Positions 48,442 to 61,154 of a stretch of 64,000 nt of DNA are shown here, piece after piece; positions within the stretch are counted from its first letter, which is position 1; every line of letters begins with the position of its first letter. A model generated the notes under the pieces. The model ran no database searches. It saw nothing but the letters and a program-made list of their open reading frames with translations, and was not told the origin of the DNA. Position numbers and translations under genes: made by a program. Origin of the DNA: Botryllus schlosseri (lineage: Eukaryota); NCBI GenBank assembly GCA_051294905.1, contig CM119372.1, forward strand, positions 12,402,001 through 12,466,000, read 5' to 3'.

Positions 48442-51400
48442 GAAAAATATATGCCTCGTGACACAGAATTGCAATGGAGATTTCCTTCCAATGATAACAC
48501 ACAATGCGTGGGTTAGAAACGTCATCTGACACAGCAGTGGATAGGCTTAGGCTACCTACCAACGCTGCATGTTTGTAAAATTGAGCTATATATCAGAGTG
48601 GAAGAAGCAAAGTATGTCAGATTTGTCATTAATAAATCTGGTGGCGTACTTTATTGCCGCCATTTCGCTGACAAATACCATAAATAGAAAACTTAAACGG
48701 AATTGCCATTGCTAATCGTTACACCATCACCATCACACGGTTTCAGGCATATACTTATCGGGAGAGTTTTTCTACATTTGCATGTCATAGTTCGCATCTC
48801 CTTGCCTGTTGCATACAGTTATGTGACTGTATGGCCTAGTATGACCTGACCTAGTAGAAGAATTTCCACCAGAACGCAGCCAAGCGAAGGACTTTACGTG
48901 CACTATAAATTAGAAATTGCGGAAATGCTCCAGATGCGAGTACGCATTTTATATGCGAGTGAAATATAGTAATGCATCGTAGGATGTTATATTTGACATC
49001 AATGAAACGTAAATATCTACGATGTCGTTATTGGAAGTAAGCTACTTACTCCCTTTCCCAATTTTTCATTCAGTATAAAAGCTACCTGCCATTTTCAGTG
49101 TGTAATAACTAATAAGTCAACTCGGGTGTTTGTTTAACATTAATAGACATTTTCCGACTCGTTCAGACTCCTCCGTTTCTTTTCATTGTATCACAATCTT
49201 GTATTGCTTGACTGCATAAAGATGCCAATAAACTGAAGTCAACCGAGCCGTGTCACCAAGGAATTGATTCATATTAGCCTTTCTGTCACCTGGATAACAA
49301 GATTGCAAATGCACAAAGAGTATAAACAACAATTTAGTAATAAATTGCTACAGATAGACCATAAGGCACACGAACCCTCTAGCAACGTCCCATCGCAAAT
49401 CAGGTCAGTCCATTTTAGTTCCGTTCAGTTCGTGGAAAGTTCTCTGTTATGGACTTTGCAAAATAGCTCGTGTAACCGGGGCCTACGATATTCGTAGGCC
49501 CCGATGCAACGCTAGTGGATGCGGACAAGTAGCTTAAATATGTTGCATTGCACTGCATTGTAGAGTACACGACACCCTGTACAATCTGTACTTTCGTCAT
49601 GCCGCTAACCTTTCCATAAATTCCCTTCTGTATTAGAAAGTCCTTCAAAAGATTCTGAGCCGGTTCCCTTGGCTGGTTTGATATTTAATGGTGCAACTTT
49701 TCAAGTCACAGATCGATGTGGGCTATATCTCAGTAATTCATATATCTCAGTAATTGAAATTAGCTATAGCAATCATTTCCAAACATATTTCCTTTACACT
49801 CTGCCATTCCAAGAACGCCGACAACACTACGGTAACAGTACGCGTATCAATCACGATCACTTCAGAACAGATGTAATGATGAAAAACCGTATCGATATCT
49901 TCGAAGCAATAAAAGGTTGCACCGAATGAATCCCATGAGATCACTCGCTTCCCAGAAGGCGATGCGGCCATGGGAATATCGGACAGCACTAGTATGACTT
50001 ATCTATATCGTAAAACGCTTTCTAAAAATCTTAACACATAATAATTCAATTTTTATTTAGTCATAACAGATAGGATGCTGGTATCGATTACTCATTCAGT
50101 GCATTCTATTTAAAATTGTTAGGCATTTGCTTCGATACAGTCAGATTCGAAAACACTTGGTTCCCATGAATAAATTATTATCCACCAAATGCGGCTTAAC
50201 TGAATGTATATCAATAGTTCTACAACCGTAATGTATGTCGACTGCTTGTCGAAATGCGCACGACGGAATTATATCCAATGCTAAAATGTTGGTGATCATG
50301 TCAATGGTCCATTACCGCTCCTAATAGCAAGACCAATACAACGAAATCAAGCGAGAAATTGTTGATTCTGTACATACCGACCAGTGACTGGAATTTGTAA
50401 ACGTACACGTGATGAGACTTGTATGAATGAGGCCATCGCGGTGACTCAAGTGTCTGTAAACTCTGTTGTTGCCGTAAAATGAGGGAGATTAAGGAGGGAA
50501 CCACGATGTGAGTCCTTGTCTCATAACGATACATTTGTGCACGTGGTTACAAAATTGTGCGTAAATGCGCATTATGTCATCCTCCTATATTAATTCTCAT
50601 TATCTAGAAATTTTCGATTCAGAGAAACGTTAATGGGGGGATCATCCCGGCCCCACAATAACATCAATTTTTTCTTCTACGTGGATATGAGAGCGAAGGA
50701 GTCTCAAATTGAATATCTGTATGTTGGCAGGGAATTACATAAGTGTAGTTGTTAAAGTGTTTTCTTCATGTCATTGCTCTGAAGTGATGTCTTACGAATG
50801 TTTGAATATAGTTGTCAAAGTTTTGGGAATTTCAATAGGCACTTACGTGACCTTTGACACGGGCCAATCAGGTTGAAGCGAGATGTAAACAAATAACAAG
50901 GAATGGCAAGCTTTACGATATTGCTTATACTTCAAGAACCAGGAACCGGATAAGGGCTCGAGCGATATGATTTGAATAATTATAAACACAACAACAGGTA
51001 TATCTGTATATGCACGAGGAATTCGAGCATAGCCTACCTCACGTTACATTGAACATGTAATGCCAGAGCTAGATTTTATAATGTATACCTATAGAAATAG
51101 CGGAGATCTCAAAATGTTTAGCGTGTCATCTGACGATACGCCTGTTTAGAAATATACGATATGTATATACTGGTGTGATCAGACTAGATGACCTTCACGG
51201 TCTTATCGATCATTCCTATCTAATACCGAATACTGTGCATGTATATTTTCTGTACCACCATCACTGCCGTTTGTTATGTATTTTGGTTGGATGAAAATAA
51301 AGACTCTCTCTCTCTATTGAACATTTGAGTGCTCGCTGTTTTCCTCGTCATATCTTTGTTTCGAGTTAAGCATATCTCCCGCCCTCCGGCATCAATCTGC

Positions 51401-52475
51401 GCGGCTAGAGGGAGACGTGACAATACAAATATATCACCGGCAGGTGGCGATCGCAACTAAATCGAAATTGACGATGATACGGCTCCATGACATTGCTTCT
51501 GTATCCCCGTATTTCAACTTCCCCAACAGATCATCCGAGACAGACATAATGGGTACAGACATTATTTCAGACACACTGCACACACATAACATCACAAGAG
51601 GTGAAGAAATTGATGGCAGTTTAAAAATAATATTGTTGTATGTTGTTGGTTGCCCAACTTCACTATTGTTCACGAGCTCATACGGCTTCGGCGCAGATAT
51701 TAGCATTCCAGGATGGGAGAATTAGTTGACATGAATGGGCATTGAGCATATTGCCTTGACGCTCAATGGTTCAGACACTGTCAAGTCTGAGATGCTTGGA
51801 AATGGACTTGGGATGCCCACAAGATCCAGCTTTACGGGGAGATAGTTTTCCAGCAGTACCGTGTCTATAGCCAACCCCAATAGCGATTCTTTAGTCGCGG
51901 AAAACGTTTTCAGGTATCATGCTCAGCTTACAGTTCAAAATACAATGAAAGTGATAATCATGATATTATGTTTGTTGTATTTCTTTAGTCTATATATTTT
52001 TTTTGATACTACGCCCGTCGCCAATGTTAGAGTGCACAGCGTTGCACTGACGTAAAGTTTTAAAAACGTAATTGCTAAACTGCGTGACCTATTTTTAAGT
52101 CCATTGAATGCATGCGGCCCGCAACCTCTATGAAATTTGCAGGGTTGTAACCAAGTCACAATGCTCCGAGTCACAAGTCAATCTCACTTTTATAGTTTTG
52201 ACTCGAGTCAAGTCGAATAATTTTCAATTCACCACCGAGACAAGTCCGAGTCCAAGTAAGCGAGCAGATGGCTTAGTTCGAGTCATGATATTGACTCGAG
52301 TCCGAGTCCAAGTCATTGTGTTGAATGCTCAGTTTACAGTTGATATCTTGTTAACACGCACTTTTTAAAACTCTGTTTGGTGATATCGAATGATTCGCAT
52401 TGATAAAATACTAATTTTCCTCACTTTTATCAGATTCTGGTCGCATTTTCAAGTACCAGCGCAGTTCCAATAGAC

Positions 52476-53356
52476 CAGGGATGGGCAAACTACGGCCCGC
52501 GGGCCCCATGCGGCCCTCCACACCGTTCTGTGCGGCCCGCGAGTGTCTAAGGAAACTTATTAAAAATATTGGAAAAATGCGTACTAAAAGTCGAATTAAT
52601 GCAGGGACTTGGTTAAACTTTTCCTTAGTATATCTCACCATGGTAACTCTAAGACAGTGTTTCTCAAACTGGGGGGCGCCCCCCCACTTGGAGGCGTGAA
52701 AGCATCTGAAGGGAGTCGAGAAGCTGAGCTCAACTGAAATACGATTTACATCCCGTTTATAGTTATTGCTCTTTATTTAGTCTGAATTTCATATTTAAAA
52801 ACCCCTCATACATAGTGGTAACCTTCCATGCCATCAAACTATCCGTTAGGTTTGCTAGCATCCTGGTTTCGTTTTTGATATGATGATAAGGGGGGGGGGG
52901 CGGGGGGCGTGAAACCTGTTACCATCATAAGGGGGGAGGAGTGTCTTAAAAAGTTCGAGAACCACTGTTCTGATCTAGATAGTCCCTGCATTATTTGTTA
53001 TGTTTAATTTCTGGCGCGACAGCCCGATCTCAAGGCTTTGGCAGTTTGAAAGGTTTCAACTGCTAAATAACACAGATCGCTGCTCACAGATTTAAATTTC
53101 AATCATGTTCTAGGAATCGGGACAACCGACTTTCATCTCTATAGTTTTGACAAATTGGTTACTGAGGTCGACCAGCCTATGAAATCTCGCCACTGTTTCT
53201 GACGCGTATCATCAAAGTAATGTTCGGATTGTTTTAAATAACCATGTATATTATCTCCATGTCCTCGCTATATAATCAAATACGAATATTGCGTTGTGGT
53301 TTATAATCCAATTATATGTAGTGCGGCCCGCGAGCTCAAAAGTTTCCCCACCCCTG
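52476..53356. mobile_element. hAT (Charlie/Buster-type) MITE nested in 52140-53600
   Basis: TIR CAGGGATGGGCAAACT / AGTTTCCCCACCCCTG, perfect TSD CAATAGAC (52468-52475, 53357-53364). Confidence 0.9.
52655..52967. mobile_element. Third-level nested hAT MITE
   Basis: CAGTGTTTCTCAAACT / AGTTCGAGAACCACTG termini. TSD not conserved. Confidence 0.7.
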
Positions 53357-53946
53357 CAATAGACGAAACCTCAGTAATGTACATGGTTACTTTACTCTTT
53401 TTCGAAATTACAATGAAATGTCGGCCTTGGGAGTTTCGAGTTTCGACTCATATGACTTGGTCATGCGAATTGACTCGAGTCCAAGTCGAGTCAATACACA
53501 AATTGACTAGAGTCGAGTCGAGTCATTTCAGTATTTTGAGTAAATGAATCGAGTCACGTCGGGTCATCAGAAAATCCTGACTCGGGTCATTACAACCCTG
53601 GAAATTTGAAAGTGTCCCGCGACCCGTTTTGAGTTGGCGACCCCTGGTCCAGTGTAAATGACCATGACCAATGACCATTGTAGTCGAGAAACACCAAGAA
53701 TACCACGAACAAAAACAACTATAGCCTACTGGCCTAGGAAGCGACAAATGTCTCACAAGTTATCTCCATATAAAGAACAATATAGTTTTCGTTAACCCTT
53801 TTTCCCAACGTTGATATTGGCCTATTGGGCTATACATCGTTGCTACAACCGTTTTTAGATGGCGGAAAGATATATAACAAAGATTTTCAAATAAGGTATG
53901 CCATAGTCACAGTTCCGACTATAGCGATGCATTATCTTCATACTTT

Positions 53947-55609
53947 ATCATCATCATCATTGGTTTATTAGCAATTTTATCAGTTCAATACACCACAAAA
54001 AATGCGATACAATGAATAGACAGAAAGATGTCGTAGCGACTTGGAGTAGTCTATGGAATCAGACATCCACCTTGGCCTATAGGCGATGTAAATAGGAGGC
54101 ATGTACACTGAATGAAATTAACTCTTTCGACGCCGCGTATCCCCATATGTTCGCTGCCGATTGTCTTCAAAACGCCGCGTATCCCCATATGTTCGCTAAA
54201 TCGAGAGAGCGTATTTTTGTCTCGAAAATCTGACATGCCGTTTTGCGTTCATGCCAGTCGGGGCATTGTGCGGTAATGAATTCAAAATTCAAGACTTGCT
54301 ACTGAGAGGCAATTTCGCTCGATTACCTGTACGGAATAGTAACTTTATTTGTTATATATTTCCACGACGGTAATGATTTTCAACAGATGCCAATACCTAA
54401 AGACATTTTACATCATTATCACCAATCTTTAAAGACACATCGCGCGTTCAGTTAATATACGGATCTACTGAAGCCACCAAGGCAGTACATGTACTGCGAC
54501 AACACAGACTTCACACCAATATATACGTATTTATTCAAGTTTTACAAACGTAAAATTGCATCGGGAGATGACGAGGACTCAGAGGTGACAAATAGTGATG
54601 TTTTTGTGCAGATCGATGCTTGTAATCGTACACAAATGAGCTCCGTCGGTATGATACTGCGCCTGAAAAACAAACTTGAGTACCGGTACTAGCAGAAGTC
54701 AAAATTTCGAGCCATTATTGCTGATTGGACGTCACAATGATAACCTTGAAGCATCGACGGCCGAAGATCATGTCGGCAGGAGTATTTCACGAAGGTTCTA
54801 AACCTCCGCATTGCCATCGAAAAGGAATTAACGATTGAAGGATAATATATTATCAATATATAATATAATAAGAATATTCTGTGAAATTTACAACGTCACA
54901 GCTAATCTATAAGTACCATAGAAACACCAACAAAATCCATACCTTGGCAGCAGCGCGCCTGAAATCAGCAAAACTTCAGTTCGTACCGAAGCCTGTCCTA
55001 GCAACACGACAGCATCAATCAAGGAACGTTACGCATCATTAGATAGATATCGTTTGCGGATACAATACGGACGTAGGTACGTCTCGGTAGCTAAGGTAGC
55101 GACGAAGTTACGAGCGGTTGAAATTGGGGTTATTTGGTGAAAATCGCGGCGTTTTGAAGACAATCGTCAAATTTAGCTCGGCGTCGAAAGAGTTAAAGAA
55201 GACAAAAGAAAGCGACAAGAATACGGCGGCATGTCATGGGAAGCGAGATCGATAGGTAAGTTGTGGTCCGGTAATCTTGGAGATGGACTGTATTTATTTA
55301 GTAGTAATTGCTTGTATTTCGACTTGAATGTGGACATGCTCGTCGACTGTCGTATGGCCGGCGGGATACTGTTCCACACATCAGGTCCGGCATATTTTAT
55401 AGAGCGATGGTCTTTTCGGTCGATCATATGATATTTGGAAGACGTGCTGCGATGGACGCGCGTCGCGCGTGTGTTGTACTTGTGCGCTTTTCATTCCGAG
55501 GTAAAGAAGTCATTGAAATATTCGGGGCAACGACCGCAGTGAAACTGATACATAAACTTGGCGATTTCTAGTTTCCGCGTATCTTCTATGTTTAGGACGC
55601 CGAATCTCT
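53947..55609 (-). mobile_element. 5'-truncated L2/Crack-like LINE interrupted by a piggyBac-type MITE
   Basis: Collinear with 8879-9478 once 54122-55196 is removed. Same (ATG)n tail and ORF2 C-terminus. Confidence 0.9.
54122..55192. mobile_element. piggyBac-type non-autonomous element
   Basis: TTAA TSD (54118-54121, 55193-55196), 14-bp TIR CTCTTTCGACGCCG / CGGCGTCGAAAGAG, and a second internal inverted repeat ATTGTCTTCAAAACGCCGCG / CGCGGCGTTTTGAAGACAAT. Confidence 0.9.
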
Positions 55610-55848
55610 GTGTTGTAGCGAACCGCTGGTCCTTTTAACCCAATGATATATATACAATGATTGGAAACTGCCACGCCCCTTAACGCTATAAGATGGTTTC
55701 CCGGCGAAATCAGTCCGTCGCGGGATATGCTTGAGTACAGGAACGGGATTGCGTATGTCGACTGTGGTGGGGTGCTGCGATCGGCCTTGCTGGCATACTA
55801 ATTCACTGATTTTCCCCAATCGGTTTAGTTTTTGTTGGTTTCTTGAGC

Positions 55849-57740
55849 ATAGTGAGGCAGTGCTGCATAATAGGATGTAATACAACTTTTAACAATGCAC
55901 ATTTATCAAAGTACAGACTAGCTGCGAGGTATTTTAGCATCAGTTGCAACCATGCATTTACGACACAGCCTAAAGAATTTATAGATACTGTGGGTGAGCG
56001 TCAATATAGATGTACAGAACCTGGAAGGATTGTTGAAAGAGGATTTGAAATTTTTCTGGCAGCATTTACGTCACCTGATTTTTTAAAAGAGAAGGGTTGA
56101 TTACGATAATTGTGTGAGCAACTAAGTTGTTTTAGATAGTATATATTGTAATATTGTGAGGCCGAATTCACCAAGGGCCGAGTTCACTGGCAACCATAGT
56201 ATCAGTATAGCGATTGTACCTTCATAATATAATATAATATCGAAACTAACATTGTACTGATTGGTAAAATGCTAACAGATATAACTTTTTACCGGGTCAG
56301 GCCGTTGAATTCACATTCCACATCAATGATGAGAATCGGCATTGTTCCAAACAATATTCCATCGGCAAAACAATGCACTAGAATGATATTGAGGATAATC
56401 ACTCCATAGTTGGTATTGTGCACATCGACCTGGCGTGATATGTCGTACTACTCTCAATAGTTGAATCTTTCACACCGCGGTGTCCGAAAGCGTAGCTACC
56501 AATGCCCATTTATTAAAAATATACCTGGTAAACGTTTTGGCACTTTGATATGAACTACCCGTTGTGAAGTGTTCCCCATGCATTGCCTGTAAACCTTGAA
56601 AATTAACATGGAGTACTCGTTAAGATTGATAGCTGGAAGGATTCTACAAAATAGATGATTTATGCATTTGTGTACGTCTATGGTTTTTTTATGTATAACC
56701 TTCATAACTTTTCGCCATTTGCATCACGCTTTATGACCTGAGCATGAGCATCAACTTGCATTGTATGTGCTGCTACCCAGGTTATTTTTCCAGCAATGTA
56801 ACTCCACAATCATCCAATGCCAAATCTCTCTCTTGAATATGCACATTGCTCATATACATTGCATATGCGGCAGTACGGAAAATACTTGACGGATTGAATA
56901 AATAACTTGATTTCAATAGTAGTTGACTGGCAAAACTGTGACATAACAAATTCCCATTCTGTAAATGTCTAATGCATAAATTTTTTACAGGATCGTTAAC
57001 ATTTTTTTATAAATTATAGTCCATTCTAACTTTCAAGAAAAGATTGTTCGTGTATTGAAACAGCCGCAAAGCAACCCACAGTCGCGAGGAAATTGAAAAG
57101 GATTCAGGGATCCTAATAAAAGTGCAAATCATTATCTTATGGGATTTCGGCACGCCAGGCCGTCGATGAGAAGCAACCATTTCATGTTCCACTTTGCTTC
57201 AGACATTGAGATATTTCCAAAGATTGTAGTCAATATGAATGTTACTTTGACGAATGGTGCCGGATTGGATTGATACTCATTGGATCGATTGATGCAGAGA
57301 AAAATAGTCTTGCTGAAAGACTATGCATATTATTCGAGTACGATAGAGGTGAAGAGATGGACACTACAATGCAACCTGTGGATAATTTCGTGTGCCTTGT
57401 GAATATGACAACCAAGTTCAGCTACAACTGCCATTTAAGCCATATTGCATTCCAGATAATATTTCTTCACTTGTACTAGCTGGAAAAAGATATGCCGCTA
57501 CTGCAAAACTGGAGATATTCTTATGCCCCAGAAACAGCAACGAAATTCGTGAGCAGGAAAGCTTATCAAAGAGACAAGAAAACAACATCAATGATAAATT
57601 TGATACGGACATTTTTGCCAATCCATCGAGCAGACTACCTCATTATCACCAAGAGATTGAGTCTTGATCCGTTATTGGAATCATTTTTATTCTGATCAGG
57701 AAATCCGGCCGCACCTGCGATATGGTAATTTTCAAAGAAT
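55849..57740 (+). pseudogene. Highly decayed THAP-domain (P-element/THAP9-like) transposase
   Basis: N-terminal (I)VRQCCIIGCN resembles the THAP CxxxxC start with ATG mutated to ATA. Near 57630-57720, DYLIITKRLSLDPLLESF / IRKSGRTCD resembles the P-transposase motif YxxTxxxSQDxLExxFxxIRxxGG. Confidence 0.65.
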
Positions 57741-58810
57741 AATTGATTTCTAAAGAGGCTTGAAACATACTAGTGTTCAAATGCCATGGTACTTGATGCT
57801 TGAATGCCCTCCGATGTTCAACGTCATGTGAGATCGCTGCTCTACCATCTAACTGCTGTCCTGATATTGTCATTAAGAGAGGATAAGAAAGCTCGAAAAA
57901 ATAACATTTGAGAATATATATTTTTGTTACGTGACAAGAAACATTAACGTTATCAACTACTAGGCACAGTTATTCGATTGTTCGTAATAGCACAGCACAG
58001 TTTCATAAATTACGACAAAAATAGATGCAGACAGTACATTTATCGAATGGCTTAAACATAGGTATATCTGATATTGTAATTTGCATAAATATGAAAATCC
58101 CTTTTTGCTACATATTCACTTGACTTAAATGCTTTCCGTTAACTAGGATTTTGGTTCTTGTTATTCTGAATTTAGATGACAACAAGTCTGACATGATAAC
58201 AAAAGTTGTTTATGCAGTTTTCAAGTGTTATAGTAAATGAAATACCCATACCCCGTATAAACTTCTCAATGATATTATGGTGTTGGTATCCTCATTGAAA
58301 TTTAGACACGACTAGTATCAGAGCATTAAGGAGTCCATGAAGAGGTGAGGTATTTAAGCTGTTCAAAATCCTGCTTCTGTAATACCCATGCGATGACACA
58401 TTGTTATGATTCTCGGATTCGATCAACTTCTTCCATGATCACCTGGACCGTTGAGGGAATAGATGGTGATGTGTAAGTTCGGAGATTTGTTGAGTGAAGG
58501 GGATTGTTGGATAGCCTCTATTCCGTCCCATTCTTCGAAGTCACCATCTCGCAAGTCAGCTATGATTGTAAGAGTTGACAGACAAACTGGACTGGACATG
58601 GACAACATTACAATTTAATGACTATACAAAGTATATGCTGTGAACAATCATTTATAGATCATTGGCTGTGTACAAGTCCATCAAACCTGACATGGACAAT
58701 GGCAGGAACTTCCTACCTATTGTGGGTCGCTCTTGCGCACACATACACTTATAAGATATACCATCATATCATGGTAAATTGTACTCATGAAGTACCGTAG
58801 TTTGAAAAAG

Positions 58811-59797
58811 CAGTGTTGGGATCAAGTCACTACCTTCGAGTCACGAGTCATCTCGAGTCATTGCACATTTTGACTCGAGTCAAGTCAAGTCAATCGATTT
58901 TCGAAAGTGACTCGAGTCAAGTCAAGTCACTCGATTTTTGGATGTGACTCGAGTCAAGTCAAGTCAAGTCAAGTCGAGTCACGAGTCAAGTCACAATTCA
59001 AGTCAAATTGAATTTTCGAAGTATCAGGGACGATTCAAAGTCATTACATTTTGCTAGCTGTGAGAAAGGCAGAATAATTTGCCATTTATCTTGCATCAAA
59101 TAACGAATATAAAGTTTTATATGCTTGCAAGAAGGCGCTGTGCCCATCACGCACACGTATAACCGCAAATAAAACTACGTGACTAACTGTATAGCTATGC
59201 TACCGTCTGTTAATATCAGCCAATAGGATCGAATACGAAGCCTCGAGAATTTGTAACAAATTGATATGGTGCAATACACTACCATCTACACATCCGTGAG
59301 AAAACAAACGCATCAACTATATTCGCCAGATTTAAATCATAAAAGAGGGTTGGTAATGGTGATCACTAGGCAATGTTAGCACACGTTGCTATTATATTCT
59401 TATTCTTCTTCTTCTTCTTCTACTACTGCTACTACTACGACAACGTAACCTGTGATCATTTCGCTTGTGATCAATGTATTTGTGATGCAATAATGGAGGA
59501 TAATTCAAACGTACATTCAGTGAATGCCTGGTTACTTTCACAAGTGACACGAGCGTATCGCGAACAATACGAACATACAAAAAAAACAGTGATTTATTTG
59601 ATACCGTTTATACTTGATGACTTGAAATTGACTCGTAAATTTTGCTCCGAGTCACGAGTCAATCCGTATTTTTGTAGCGCCGAGTCAAGTCAAGTCAAGT
59701 CATTTCTGCAAAGTGACTCGAGTCAAGTCAAGTCATACGAAAAAGTTGACTCGAGTCTGACTCGAGTCAAGTCATGACTCGAGTCATCCCAACACTG
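58811..59797. mobile_element. GAGTCAAGTC-rich hAT-like MITE nested in the P element
   Basis: TIR CAGTGTTGGGAT / ATCCCAACACTG, perfect TSD TGAAAAAG (58803-58810, 59798-59805). Confidence 0.93.
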
Positions 59798-61041
59798 TGA
59801 AAAAGTAGGTTAAGACCAGGTTTTGCAGACGTTTCTTAGTCAATTGGATATTGAAATCTACTTGTTGAAGCAGAAAATGAACGGTCTGAAAAGTACACGA
59901 GTAGTATGAAGAAATGAGTTAGACTTTACTTTGTATACATCTGTTAGTCAATTGTATACTGTATCTAAAAGCTGCTGACGATTACTCCTGATATGTATCA
60001 AACAAAAATATTTTTATTTTTATTCATTTGTATATATGAGCATTCGGATCACAAGATGAATGTCCGTAACAAAGGAATAATGACTATTATTACTTCAAAA
60101 ACGTGATGCTTTTTGCGATATCCTCAAGTAGGTTTTGCCAACTTTCACAACTTCAGAAGGCCTGACTCCAGAGTCAGTTTTAGAACCTGCCTGAATTGAC
60201 TTGAAAAAATTAGAAATGACTTCGTGACTTGATTAAAAATTTGTAATGACTTGAAGATAGTGACCTGATCCCAACTCTAGCTCGTACTATGAAGTATCCA
60301 CCTTTATTTGATACTGCGAGACCACCTCCGATCACAATGTTCATCACGTAGGCACACTGGTACATCAGTTTCGTCTGAATATTAAGCCATGCTACTGGTA
60401 TTGGCCAAAACCTGTACAGTATGCACACAATTCACGTGCAAAAGAGGTCTCGATAAAAAACTTTTCACTACGTTAACGCCAGTTCCTGAAGAAAGATTGC
60501 TGGCGAACCGTTTGTTTACATCGATTTCATTCCTGTAGTGAAGCATGACTCGCGACGCGCTCAAACGCAGAGCTCACTGGAGTTTCCAATCATTGTATAT
60601 ATATCATTGTTTTAACCCAATGTCCCTAGCTAACGTCAGGCATCCGTTATGAAGGAAATATACTTTGCTTGTATTAGGATTTTAGTACATCATGACAACT
60701 TGTAGAACTCTACCATCTCTGCTAGTGTTGCGCAAGCTTTGTAAGCATAATTACGCCAAACATAGTCCTAGCTAGAGTACTGCCTTTTTCCTGGCATTAG
60801 AACTTTACCAACCCGTTCTCATTGGCTAACGCATTACAATCGCATTCATTGTTACGCATTTTCGGGTATATAAACCCACGTTTCTCTGTGACGGCCCTTG
60901 AGATCTGAGATTCACCTCAGCGCATAACGTACGCTTCTCTGCTGCAATACATCCGACCGAGTGAAATTGTGAGTTAAGAAGTCGCCACCTCAAGACAGCC
61001 AGCCCGTCGCCAGTCAGCTATCTACTGCTCCAGGCACGACA

Positions 61042-61154
61042 CAGCCACACTGTTACATGGTGCCATTGAGTTCGGTAAAACAGCCACACTGTTACATGGT
61101 GCCATTGAGTTCGGTAAAACAGCCCACTATTACATGTTGCCCCGTGTTCGGTAA
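61042..61154 (+). repeat. Tandem array of LTR-end + primer-binding-site units
   Basis: 39-bp unit CAGCCACACTGTTACA-TGGTGCCATTGAGTTCGGTAAAA exact at 61042-61080 and 61081-61119, diverged third unit at 61120-61154. Confidence 0.9.

Larger units (their letters stand above)
52140..53600. mobile_element. GAGTC-rich hAT-like element hosting nested MITEs
   Basis: TIR CAGGGTTGTAA / TTACAACCCTG, perfect TSD GAAATTTG (52132-52139, 53601-53608). Confidence 0.92.
55641..60609 (+). mobile_element. P-superfamily DNA transposon, non-autonomous
   Basis: Perfect 29-bp TIR CAATGATATATATACAATGATTGGAAACT (55641-55669 / 60581-60609), perfect 8-bp TSD TTTTAACC (55633-55640, 60610-60617), decayed THAP-transposase motifs. 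Confidence 0.88.

Noticed and set aside
49477..49503. GC-rich 12-bp hairpin as a terminator
   Set aside because: Eukaryotic context and no U tract. It resembles GGGGCC/GGCCCC subterminal remnants of hAT MITEs.
47950..49990. Small spliced minus-strand gene from ORFs near 49747-49989, 49415-49648 and ~48000
   Set aside because: Could not assemble a phase-consistent model with any recognisable product.
51417..51930. Coding-like stretch with overlapping ORFs on both strands
   Set aside because: Stops in every frame, no recognisable motif and no consistent exon chain. It may be a decayed fragment, but I cannot support a call.
54489..54692. YCDN motif as a piggyBac catalytic remnant
   Set aside because: Only four residues, and the surrounding sequence does not match transposase motifs.
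58811..59797. Regular GACTCGAGTCAAGTC repeats as a CRISPR-like array
   Set aside because: No unique constant-length spacers. The repeats are subterminal motifs of a TIR/TSD-bounded MITE in a eukaryotic context.
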